From positions 3,116 through 67,115 of the forward strand of contig JAPYRI010000004.1 in NCBI GenBank assembly GCA_029941135.1: a stretch of DNA of 64,000 nucleotides, read 5' to 3'. The notes below the pieces were generated by a model. That model was given only the letters and a program-made list of their open reading frames with translations. It did not search any database and was not told the DNA's origin. Shown one piece after another: positions 55,479 through 64,000 of the stretch; position 1 is the stretch's first letter; each line of letters begins with the position of its first letter. The DNA comes from Alphaproteobacteria bacterium. Its GTDB lineage: Bacteria; Pseudomonadota; Alphaproteobacteria; JAPYRI01. The translations under genes and the position numbers were made by a program.

Positions 55479-58184
55479 ATGACTAGCGCCAAGGACATTC
55501 GCCGCGCGTTTCTGGATTTCTTCGCCCAGCATGATCATATGGTCGTGCCGTCCAGTCCCCTAGTGCCCCGTAACGACCCAACGCTCATGTTTACCAATGC
55601 GGGTATGGTCCAGTTCAAAAATGTTTTTACCGGTGTGGAAAGTACGGCATTTCCACGCGCAGTAACGAGTCAGAAATGTGTGCGCGCAGGCGGTAAGCAC
55701 AATGACCTGGACAATGTAGGGCACACCGCGCGTCACCATACGTTTTTTGAAATGCTCGGTAATTTTTCGTTTGGCGATTACTTCAAAGATGTTGCCATAG
55801 AGCTTGCCTGGAAGTTGCTGGTGCACGAGTACGGCATGTCAGCGGATCGTCTTTGGGTCACGGTCTATGCGGAAGATGATGAAGCGTATGGTCTGTGGCG
55901 TAAGATTACTAGTTTGTCCGATGACCGTATCATCCGCATTCCGACCAGCGACAATTTTTGGTCTATGGGGCCGACGGGACCGTGCGGACCATGTTCTGAG
56001 ATATTCTACGATCACGGAGATCATGTTCCTGGCGGGCCGCCTGGATCCCCGGACGAAGATGGGGACCGTTTTGTTGAAGTATGGAATTTGGTGTTCATGC
56101 AGTATGAACAGATAACCCCGGAGAACCGCGTTGATCTGCCGCGTCCGTCTATAGATACCGGCATGGGTTTGGAGCGATTGGCGGCGGTGCTGCAAGGCAC
56201 ACCTGACAATTACGAGACTGATTTATTCCGCGTGCTCATCGAGGCATCGGCGCAGGCTAGTCATTCCGACCCGGATGGTGATCACAAAATATCGCACCGT
56301 GTTATCGCCGATCATTTACGCGCTTCCAGTTTTTTGATTGCCGATGGTGTATTGCCCTCTAATGAAGGCCGGGGATACGTGCTCAGGCGGATTATGCGGC
56401 GCGCCATGCGTCATGCCCATTTGATTGGTTGCGAAGAACCTCTTATGTATCAATTGGTCCCGGCCTTGGTCGGCGAGATGGGACAGGCCTTTCCCGAGTT
56501 GATCCGCGCTCAACCCTTGGTTACGGAAACTCTGAAACTCGAGGAAGAGCGCTTTATTCGCACATTGTCTCGGGGATTGATGCTGCTCGGAGACGCGCTT
56601 GATCAATTGCCGGATGGCGCCATATTGCCCGGCGAAACAGCTTTTAAACTCTATGACACTTATGGCTTTCCCTTGGATCTCACAGAAGATGCATTGCGTG
56701 CCCAGGGGCGAAAAGTTGACGTTGACGGGTTTAATACGGCCATGGAACGGCAACGGGTTGAAGCGCGGGCGGCTTGGACGGGATCGGGTGAGGCGGAGAC
56801 CGAAACCATTTGGTTTGAGATACGCGAACAATTTGGCGCAACAGAATTTCTCGGCTACGAAACTGAAATTTCTGACGCCAAGGTATTGGCGGTGGTCGTG
56901 GACGGTAAAAAAACCAATCAGGCGGATGCCAAAAGTGATGTCTTAATCGTGCTCAATCAGACCACGTTTTATGGCGAATCCGGTGGTCAAGTGGGCGACA
57001 CCGGCACCCTCACCTTTGGTGAAGGTGGGACAGTTCGTATTACCAACACACTGAAAAAACTGGGCAATGTAATCGTCCATGCCGGAATGGTCTCTGGCGG
57101 TGTGCTGAAAGTTGGCGATGATGTTCATTTGTTCGTTGATAACGTTCGCCGCGATAAAATTCGCGCCAACCATTCTGTAACCCATCTGCTTCACCGGGCT
57201 CTGCGCGATATCCTCGGCGGCCATGTGACCCAAAAAGGTTCTCTTGTCACGGCCGATCGACTGCGCTTCGATATTAGCCATCAAAAGCCGGTAACGCTGG
57301 ACGAGCTATCCCACGTGGAAGACCGGGTAAATGCTGTAGTGCGGCTGAATAGCGCTGTGTCCACGGCGACTATGACACCCGACGAGGCGGTGGAGAAAGG
57401 CGCGCTTGCGCTATTCGGTGAAAAGTATGGAGACGAAGTTCGGGTGGTTCGCATGGGGGCCAATGTCGATCTAACGCCGGCGACGGAAATAGCAACAAAT
57501 GCACATGATGAAGACCAATCCTTCTCTGTCGAGTTGTGTGGTGGCACCCATGTTCGACGGACCGGCGATATTGCTATGTTCACCATCACCAGCGAAGGTG
57601 CGGTCGCATCCGGCGTGCGCCGCATCGAAGCTTTGACCGGTGAGGCAGCACGACGCTACTTGAATCAGCAAGCCGATACCCTGCGCGATACGGCAGGGTT
57701 ATTGAAAGCACCGGTTGCGGAAGTCCCCATACGGGTTGCAGCTTTGCTCGAAGACCGGAAAAAATTGGAGAAAGAACTGGCGGATGCGCGCCGAACACTG
57801 GCCAGGGGCGGGAACGGGAACGGCAATCAATCCTCTGTACGTGAATTGGCCGGCACAAAATTTATTGGCCGTCTCTTAGACGGGGTATTGCCCAAGGAAT
57901 TGCGTGGCATGATCGATGACGCCAAGGGCCAGGTGGGGTCGGGGGTTGTTGTCCTGGTAACCGTAAATGACGGCAAAGTCGCCTTGGCAACCGGTGTTAC
58001 CGACGATTTGACCGGTCAATACAATGCGGTCGATCTTATTCGGATTGGTGCAGCAGCGGTGGGTGGCAAAGGCGGTGGCGGACGGCCGGATATGGCGCAA
58101 GCCGGCGGGCCTAATGGAGATCACGCTGACGCGGCGATTGAGGCCATTGCCGACGCGATCGCCAGCAGCGGCAAATCCGCCTGA
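55479..58184 (+). CDS. alaS: Alanine--tRNA ligase
   Basis: The 901-aa protein has an N-terminus [30 protein letters not shown]...[10 protein letters not shown] and a C-terminal DHHA1-like region. Confidence 0.97.
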   Translation: MTSAKDIRRAFLDFFAQHDHMVVPSSPLVPRNDPTLMFTNAGMVQFKNVFTGVESTAFPRAVTSQKCVRAGGKHNDLDNVGHTARHHTFFEMLGNFSFGDYFKDVAIELAWKLLVHEYGMSADRLWVTVYAEDDEAYGLWRKITSLSDDRIIRIPTSDNFWSMGPTGPCGPCSEIFYDHGDHVPGGPPGSPDEDGDRFVEVWNLVFMQYEQITPENRVDLPRPSIDTGMGLERLAAVLQGTPDNYETDLFRVLIEASAQASHSDPDGDHKISHRVIADHLRASSFLIADGVLPSNEGRGYVLRRIMRRAMRHAHLIGCEEPLMYQLVPALVGEMGQAFPELIRAQPLVTETLKLEEERFIRTLSRGLMLLGDALDQLPDGAILPGETAFKLYDTYGFPLDLTEDALRAQGRKVDVDGFNTAMERQRVEARAAWTGSGEAETETIWFEIREQFGATEFLGYETEISDAKVLAVVVDGKKTNQADAKSDVLIVLNQTTFYGESGGQVGDTGTLTFGEGGTVRITNTLKKLGNVIVHAGMVSGGVLKVGDDVHLFVDNVRRDKIRANHSVTHLLHRALRDILGGHVTQKGSLVTADRLRFDISHQKPVTLDELSHVEDRVNAVVRLNSAVSTATMTPDEAVEKGALALFGEKYGDEVRVVRMGANVDLTPATEIATNAHDEDQSFSVELCGGTHVRRTGDIAMFTITSEGAVASGVRRIEALTGEAARRYLNQQADTLRDTAGLLKAPVAEVPIRVAALLEDRKKLEKELADARRTLARGGNGNGNQSSVRELAGTKFIGRLLDGVLPKELRGMIDDAKGQVGSGVVVLVTVNDGKVALATGVTDDLTGQYNAVDLIRIGAAAVGGKGGGGRPDMAQAGGPNGDHADAAIEAIADAIASSGKSA

Positions 58185-59375
58185 CTAGGACGCCAGATCT
58201 TCGTCAATATTGCCGGCAAGCCCATTGTTAACAGTAAAAAACCGGATTTTGCGACCCTCGATGGCGACGGCAAGTTGGCCATGTTTGAGGGCGAGCGCAT
58301 CCTTGCCGAACAATTCGTATCGCCAACCCGAGAGCAACGGGATAGAAGCATTGTCATCAGCGGCTAGATGTTCGAGATCGGAATTGTTGTAGACCAACTT
58401 TTGAGCGACGTGTTCCTCTTCGCACTTCATTTTGAGTAAAACTTTGAGGAGGTCCATCACCGGCCCGATACCACGGGGCGGCGGTCTGGTCTTTGACACT
58501 TGAGGCAGTTGTTCTTCAGGGATAGCCATCCCGGCGGCGACCGCTTCGAGTAATCCTTTGGCGAATCTGCTGTTGCTGAACCCCTTATGAATGCCACGCA
58601 TATGGTCCAGGTCTTTGCCTGATTTTGGCGGATGGCCGGCGAGTTCGGTTAACGCTTCGTCTTTTAATACGCGCCTGCGCGGCACGTCCCGGCTTTGGGC
58701 CTCGCGTTCGCGCCAGGCGGCAACTTCCGTTAAAACGCCGAGGAAACGCCTATTGGTTGCCTTCGTTTTAAGCCGTTTCCATGCATCCTCAGGCCGCATT
58801 CGATATTGCGCTGGGTTCATGAGAGTGGCCATTTCCTCATTCAGCCAATCAGTCCGTCCATTATGGTCGAGCTTAGCCGTAAGTTTTTCATATACCGTAC
58901 GCAGATGAGTGACATCGCCGATGGCATATGTCAGTTGCCGGTCGGAGAGGGGCCGTCGCGACCAATCGGTAAAGCGCGAGGACTTATCCAGTTTTGCGTA
59001 CGCCAATTTGCCGACCAATGTTTCGTAGCCAACGGAATCGCCAAATCCGCATACCATTGCCGCGACTTGGGTGTCGAATAGGGGTTCGGGAATGACCTTG
59101 GACAAGTAATAGAATATTTCGATATCTTGGCGCGCTGCATGAAACACTTTCAACACGTCGTGATTGGCCATGAGTTCAAATAAGGGGCCGAGATCGAGAT
59201 TGTTAGACAATGGGTCGATGGCGAGGACGTCTTCCGGGCCCGCCACCTGCACCAAACACAATTTGGGCCAAAACGTACTATCCCGTAGAAATTCGGTATC
59301 GACCGTGACGTAGTCGGCGGTGGCCAAGCGGTCGCAGGCGTCTTTTAAGTCGCCAGACTCAGTAATTATTTGCAT
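58185..59375 (-). CDS. rnd: Ribonuclease D
   Basis: It has a DEDDy 3'-5' exonuclease domain (...[24 protein letters not shown]...) followed by an HRDC domain. Confidence 0.85.
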   Translation of the reverse strand: MQIITESGDLKDACDRLATADYVTVDTEFLRDSTFWPKLCLVQVAGPEDVLAIDPLSNNLDLGPLFELMANHDVLKVFHAARQDIEIFYYLSKVIPEPLFDTQVAAMVCGFGDSVGYETLVGKLAYAKLDKSSRFTDWSRRPLSDRQLTYAIGDVTHLRTVYEKLTAKLDHNGRTDWLNEEMATLMNPAQYRMRPEDAWKRLKTKATNRRFLGVLTEVAAWREREAQSRDVPRRRVLKDEALTELAGHPPKSGKDLDHMRGIHKGFSNSRFAKGLLEAVAAGMAIPEEQLPQVSKTRPPPRGIGPVMDLLKVLLKMKCEEEHVAQKLVYNNSDLEHLAADDNASIPLLSGWRYELFGKDALALKHGQLAVAIEGRKIRFFTVNNGLAGNIDEDLAS

Positions 59376-59573
59376 AACAGTAAGCTATACACGTCTCTTC
59401 AGGGGGCTGTCGAATAGGAAAATATGTAGATATGAGTTGGTGATCAAAGTCAGTTTTCCAAAATTGGCTGCGCGTGCCTTGACAAGCAAACACCTTCCGT
59501 GCGTTTTTCCGCATCAGTAGAGAACGGCGAAGTCTTGAGTGTCGAGCCCGGGACGATGGGACAAGGACCAAAC

Positions 59574-61388
59574 ATGCATATTTACAGAACTCACACCTGT
59601 GGCGAAGTGCGCGAAAGTTATGTGGGAGAGACTGTCCGGTTGTCGGGCTGGATACATCGAAAACGCGACCATGGACATTTACTGTTCATTGATCTGCGGG
59701 ATCACTATGGGGTGACTCAATGCGTGATTGAAAAAGGTGATGCCGGCTTCGAGGCGGTTGAAGGCAGCCGTGCCGAGTCGGTGGTGACGGTTACCGGCAG
59801 TGTGGTAAAGCGCAGCGCGGAGACCGTCAACCCGGGGCTTTCAACGGGGCAAGTCGAGGTTCGAATAGTTGAATACCAAGTACAATCGGCCGCTGCGGAA
59901 CTGCCAATGCCAGTGTTTGGCGATCAGGAGTACCCCGAAGACATCCGTTTGCGTTACCGCTTCCTAGATCTACGGCGAGAAAAAATGCATCGCAATATTG
60001 TGTTGCGGTCGGCAATTATTCAAAGTATCCGACAACGCATGACAGATCAGGGTTTTATCGAGTTTCAAACGCCGATCCTGACCGCAAGCTCGCCTGAGGG
60101 CGCCCGGGATTTCCTGGTGCCCAGCAGAATGCATCCCGGTAAATTTTATGCGCTTCCCCAGGCACCCCAACAGTTCAAGCAATTGACGATGATTTCGGGC
60201 TTCGACCGTTATTTCCAAATTGCTCCGTGTTTTCGTGATGAGGATGCGCGGGCCGACCGTTCGCCGGGCGAATTTTATCAACTTGATATTGAAATGTCAT
60301 TCGTCGAGCAGGACGATGTGTTTAACGCCGTCGAACCCGCCATACATGGGGTGTTCGAGGAATTTACCGACCATCAAGTGACGCCGCTGCCTTTTCCCCG
60401 CATCACATATGCAGATGCGATGATGAAATACGGCAGCGATAAGCCTGATCTGCGCAATCCTCTCGAGATCATTGACGTCACCGAACCCTTCCGTGGTTCA
60501 GGGTTTTCGATATTTGCCAAAGCGATAGAAAGTGGCTCTGTCGTGCGCGCGGTGCCGGCGCCGGCCACTGGGGATAGACCGCGCAGCTTCTTTGACAAAA
60601 TGAATGACTGGGCGCGCAGCGAAGGCTGGACAGGGCTCGGGTATGTAATATTCGAAAATGGTGGCGGTAAAGGCCCGATAGCCAAGAATTTGGGCGACGA
60701 ACGGGTTGCGCAACTGCGCACGTTGAGCGGTCTGGGTGACGGCGATGCCCTGTTCTTTGCCTGCGACAAGCCGAACGACGCGGCCAAATTAGCGGGGCTT
60801 GCCCGTAATCGGGTGGGCGAAACACTCGAGTTACTGGAGCAGAAATGTTTTAAGTTTTGCTGGGTCGTCGATTACCCCATGTTCGAGTATGACGAGGAAG
60901 AGGGCAAGATCGATTTCAGCCACAATCCCTTTACCATGCCCCAGGGGGGTATGGCGGCCTTAGAGGACAAAGATCCCTTGGATGTGTTGGGCTATCAGTA
61001 CGACATCGTGTGTAACGGCATCGAGCTGTCGAGCGGCGCGATCCGCAATCATCTTCCCGAAATCATGTACAAGGCGTTTGGCATGGCCGGCTACCCGGAA
61101 GCGGACGTCGAGTCGAAATTTGGCGGCATGCTGAGTGCTTTAAAATACGGTGCTCCGCCCCATGGTGGCATTGCCCCGGGGATTGACCGCATTGTCATGC
61201 TGTTGGCGGATGAGAAAAATATCCGTGAGGTAATCATGTTCCCGATGAATCAGCAGGCCCAGGACCTGATGATGCAAGCCCCCAGTGAAGCGTTACCACG
61301 TCATTTGAGAGAACTACACTTACGGCTGGCTTTGCCGGAGCCAAAAGTTGAAGACAAGCCAAAGACTGAAAATACGCAAGATGCCTAG
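59574..61388 (+). CDS. aspS: Aspartate--tRNA ligase
   Basis: The N-terminal anticodon-binding OB fold [46 protein letters not shown] and class II motifs (...[27 protein letters not shown]..., ...[13 protein letters not shown]...) are present. The ORF is open from 59499, and the ATG at 59574 follows an AAGGA-like ribosome-binding site. Confidence 0.95.
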   Translation: MHIYRTHTCGEVRESYVGETVRLSGWIHRKRDHGHLLFIDLRDHYGVTQCVIEKGDAGFEAVEGSRAESVVTVTGSVVKRSAETVNPGLSTGQVEVRIVEYQVQSAAAELPMPVFGDQEYPEDIRLRYRFLDLRREKMHRNIVLRSAIIQSIRQRMTDQGFIEFQTPILTASSPEGARDFLVPSRMHPGKFYALPQAPQQFKQLTMISGFDRYFQIAPCFRDEDARADRSPGEFYQLDIEMSFVEQDDVFNAVEPAIHGVFEEFTDHQVTPLPFPRITYADAMMKYGSDKPDLRNPLEIIDVTEPFRGSGFSIFAKAIESGSVVRAVPAPATGDRPRSFFDKMNDWARSEGWTGLGYVIFENGGGKGPIAKNLGDERVAQLRTLSGLGDGDALFFACDKPNDAAKLAGLARNRVGETLELLEQKCFKFCWVVDYPMFEYDEEEGKIDFSHNPFTMPQGGMAALEDKDPLDVLGYQYDIVCNGIELSSGAIRNHLPEIMYKAFGMAGYPEADVESKFGGMLSALKYGAPPHGGIAPGIDRIVMLLADEKNIREVIMFPMNQQAQDLMMQAPSEALPRHLRELHLRLALPEPKVEDKPKTENTQDA

Positions 61389-61449
61389 CCGAACGCGCGA
61401 ACCTATATTTAAGCCCACGCCGTCTCTAGGTTAATGTCTCCAGCTGCGA

Positions 61450-64000
61450 TTAAGAGCAGCCGCTGGTCCCGCCGCAGGTGTTGCATTTGAGGCATGTGCC
61501 ATTACGGACCAATGTGAAGTTGCCACATTCGCCGCAGGCGTCGCCTTCGTAGCCCTTTACACGAGCTTCAACGATCCGTTCAACTTGCTTTTCCCTCGTG
61601 CCAGTCTGCGCGGCACTCGCGGTCGTGACGGTTTCCGCGACAATCGCACCGCCTTCGCTGCCGGCCCGCAAAAGCGCCGTAGAAGAGGTTGTGACCTTGC
61701 TTACCGCGGCACTTTTCAGCACATAAAGATTACTGCGCACATAACCAGTACTGGCAAGCCCCATTGCTGCACTGAGCGCTTCATCCGTGTCGTCCTGACC
61801 CTGATTGGTAACACCATCCCGAGTGCCTCGCCCGATTGCATCCACCGCCAAGTCGCTGGCTTCGGCGTGGGCCAAATCGTCGCGGCCAAGGTATGAGATC
61901 GCCAGCTCGCGGAATACGTAGTCGAGCAGTGAAGTTGCCATTTTGATTGCTTCGTTGCCTGCTACGATACCCGAGGGCTCAAAGCGCGTGAAAGTGAACG
62001 AGTCGACATATTCCTCAAGCGGTACTCCGTATTGAAGGCCGATAGATATTGCGATGGCGAAATTGTTCATCAAACTACGGAAGGCCGCGCCTTCTTTATG
62101 CATATCGATAAAAATCTCGCCTATTGTGCCGTCGTCGTACTCGCCGGTGCGTAGGTAAACTTTGTGGCCGCCGACAACCGCTTTTTGCGTGTAACCCTTG
62201 CGCCGTTGTGGCAAGCGGTTACGTTCGTGGGCAATGATGCGTTCGACAATGCGCTCGGCAATCACTTGCGGCCGGCGCGCGGCGACAGCATCCACTTCTT
62301 CGTCGTCTTTCCAGTCTTCGATTAATTGAGTTTGCAGCGGTTGGCTGAGCTTCGATCCATCACGGTATAGGGCGTTGGCCTTGAGACCGAGTTTCCAAGA
62401 TTGCACATAGGCATCCTTGCAATCCTCAACTGTCGCGTCGCTCGGCATATTGACGGTCTTAGAAATAGCACCGGAAATAAACGGCTGCGCCGCGGCCATC
62501 ATCAAGATGTGACTATCAACCGACAAATAGCGTTTGCCGAATTGGCCACAGGGGTTCGCGCAATCGAAAACCGGCAAATGAACTTCATTAAGACCCGGTG
62601 CGCCTTCCAAAGTCATAGCGCCGCAACAATGAAGGTTCGAGGCTTTAATCTCGGCGTCCGAAAATCCGAGCTTTTCCAAAAAATTGAATGAAGCGTCGTC
62701 TAATTGCGCGACGGAAATTCCCAATGTGTCAGTGCAGAAATCGGCGCCCAACGTCCATTTGTTGAACGCAAACTTGATATCGAACGCACTTTCCAAATCG
62801 TGTTCAAGGGCGTCAAGTTGATCCTTACCAAAACCTTTTTCCCGCAGTCGTGCATGGTTGACTCCGGGAGCGTCACGTAACGAACCATGCCCAACCGCGT
62901 AATTCGTAATGTCGAGGATTTGGTCCGGCGTATACCCCAGAGCTTTTAAAGCTTCCGGCACTGAACGGTTGATGATTTTAAAGTAGCCGCCGCCCGCCAG
63001 TTTTTTGAATTTTACCAGCGCGAAATCAGGCTCGATTCCGGTGGTGTCGCAGTCCATCACAAGGCCAATGGTGCCGGTGGGTGCAACGACACTGGCTTGG
63101 GCATTGCGGTAGCCGTTAATGTCGCCCAATTTCAATGCCTGATCCCAGGCGCGGGCGGCTGCTGCGACCAATCTCTTGTCAGGGCAGTTCGCCCCATCGA
63201 GAGGAACCGGATCGGTGGCTAAGTTCTCATATCCCTCATTTTCGCCGTGAGCGGCACGCCGATGATTGCGCATAACTCTCAGCATGGCATCTCGATTGTC
63301 CGAGAAGCCGGGGAAGGGTCCGAGTTCACCAGCCATTTCAGCGGACGTTGCATAGGCGACCCCGGTCATGACTGACGTTATGGCGGCGCACAGGGCGCGG
63401 CCTTCGGAACTGTCATAGGAAAATCCGCTGGCCATCAATAGACCACCGATATTCGCGTAACCGAGGCCCAATGTGCGGTAGCGGTAGCTGAGTTCGGCAA
63501 TTTGTTGGGACGGAAACTGAGCCATCATGACCGAGATTTCGAGCACCATTGTCCACAGCCGGACTCCATGTTCGAACGCTTCCACATCGAACGAGCCATC
63601 GCTGTGTCGAAACGTCATCAAATTGAGTGACGCAAGATTGCACGCGGTGTCGTCGAGAAACATATACTCAGAGCACGGGTTAGATGCCCGGATCGGGCCC
63701 GATTCAGGGCAAGTGTGCCAATCATTAATCGTCGAATGAAATTGGATGCCGGGGTCGGCGCAGCTCCAAGCTGCTAAGCCGATTTGGTCCCACAAATCGC
63801 GCGCCTTGAGGGTTTTCGCGATCTCGCCGCGGGTTCGGTGCGTGAGGCTCCAATCACCATCATCTTCAACTGCTTGCAGAAAGTCATCGGTCACCCGAAC
63901 GGAATTGTTCGAATTTTGGCCGGACACCGTCAGGTAAGAGTCAGAATCCCAATCCGTGTCATAGGTCTCGAATTCGATAGTCGTATAACCCTGGCGGGCA
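61450..64000 (-). CDS. nrdJ: Class II adenosylcobalamin-dependent ribonucleotide reductase (5' end beyond window)
   Basis: ...[22 protein letters not shown]... is the active-site region and the C-terminal Cys-rich tail is ...[31 protein letters not shown]. The reverse frame stays open (no stop) through position 64000. Confidence 0.85.
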   Translation of the reverse strand, partial: ARQGYTTIEFETYDTDWDSDSYLTVSGQNSNNSVRVTDDFLQAVEDDGDWSLTHRTRGEIAKTLKARDLWDQIGLAAWSCADPGIQFHSTINDWHTCPESGPIRASNPCSEYMFLDDTACNLASLNLMTFRHSDGSFDVEAFEHGVRLWTMVLEISVMMAQFPSQQIAELSYRYRTLGLGYANIGGLLMASGFSYDSSEGRALCAAITSVMTGVAYATSAEMAGELGPFPGFSDNRDAMLRVMRNHRRAAHGENEGYENLATDPVPLDGANCPDKRLVAAAARAWDQALKLGDINGYRNAQASVVAPTGTIGLVMDCDTTGIEPDFALVKFKKLAGGGYFKIINRSVPEALKALGYTPDQILDITNYAVGHGSLRDAPGVNHARLREKGFGKDQLDALEHDLESAFDIKFAFNKWTLGADFCTDTLGISVAQLDDASFNFLEKLGFSDAEIKASNLHCCGAMTLEGAPGLNEVHLPVFDCANPCGQFGKRYLSVDSHILMMAAAQPFISGAISKTVNMPSDATVEDCKDAYVQSWKLGLKANALYRDGSKLSQPLQTQLIEDWKDDEEVDAVAARRPQVIAERIVERIIAHERNRLPQRRKGYTQKAVVGGHKVYLRTGEYDDGTIGEIFIDMHKEGAAFRSLMNNFAIAISIGLQYGVPLEEYVDSFTFTRFEPSGIVAGNEAIKMATSLLDYVFRELAISYLGRDDLAHAEASDLAVDAIGRGTRDGVTNQGQDDTDEALSAAMGLASTGYVRSNLYVLKSAAVSKVTTSSTALLRAGSEGGAIVAETVTTASAAQTGTREKQVERIVEARVKGYEGDACGECGNFTLVRNGTCLKCNTCGGTSGCS

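Noticed and set aside
1-64000. Mobile elements, integrases, CRISPR arrays or toxin-antitoxin pairs
   Set aside because: Scanning all long ORFs and repeat-like regions by eye showed no transposase/integrase motifs (DDE, tyrosine recombinase RxxR...HxxR...Y) and no regularly spaced direct repeats.

Overview
This is a 64 kb, GC-rich chromosomal segment, most likely from an alphaproteobacterium. The taxonomic hints are an NDUFS4-like 'ETC complex I subunit' protein, recA followed directly by alaS, a two-cold-shock-domain protein, and a GAAC-N7-GAAT SOS-box-like motif upstream of recA. I found no transposase, integrase or CRISPR array.

The window divides into six blocks:

- **1-2.7 kb:** a PadR regulator running off the left edge, its palindromic operator, an enoyl-CoA hydratase, and a decayed SDR pseudogene.
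- **2.7-13.1 kb (minus strand):** one long molybdenum-hydroxylase (CO-dehydrogenase / xanthine-dehydrogenase family) operon, in transcription order coxG, FAD subunit, 2Fe-2S subunit, Mo large subunit, moaD-like, second 2Fe-2S subunit, second FAD subunit, split xdhC, MoeA/MocA-type fusion, sufS, sufU-like.
- **13.3-20.0 kb (plus strand):** a divergently transcribed tungsten-type aldehyde:ferredoxin oxidoreductase cluster (ferredoxin, AOR, FAD/NAD oxidoreductase, moaD-like, one unknown small ORF) followed by tungstate ABC transporter genes in the order tupB, tupC, tupA.
- **20.0-28.7 kb (minus strand):** an Mrp/Mnh-type multisubunit cation:proton antiporter module in the E-F-G-B(fused)-C-D-D'-small-A order. 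It has three NuoL/M/N-like subunits and ends with a co-operonic acyl-CoA-dehydrogenase-fold flavoprotein.
- **29-50 kb:** mixed housekeeping and accessory genes. These are cold-shock proteins, tRNA-Pro(TGG), tRNA-Arg(TCT), a low-GC non-coding stretch with a C10 homopolymer, two tandem AlkB-family membrane hydroxylases, a cytochrome P450, GFA, GST, a MoxR-AAA/VWA (CoxD/CoxE-like) pair, and a PseF/PseG-like fusion with a decayed 3' part. The same block also holds a membrane-anchored cytochrome c, an amidase and an amidohydrolase.
- **50-64 kb:** dksA, a graveyard of flagellar and sensor-kinase gene remnants (FliM fragment, FlhB C-terminal fragment, PAS-histidine kinase with an internal deletion), then recA, alaS, rnd, aspS and a partial class II (B12) ribonucleotide reductase.

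The most notable feature is an apparent pterin-cofactor island. Mo- and W-enzyme operons sit back to back, with their own maturation genes (XdhC, MocA-type fusion, SufS/SufU, two MoaD-like GG proteins, tungstate uptake). The subunit stoichiometry is unusual at 2xS and 2xM for one L. Next to it lies an archaeal-order Mrp-like module linked to a flavoprotein.
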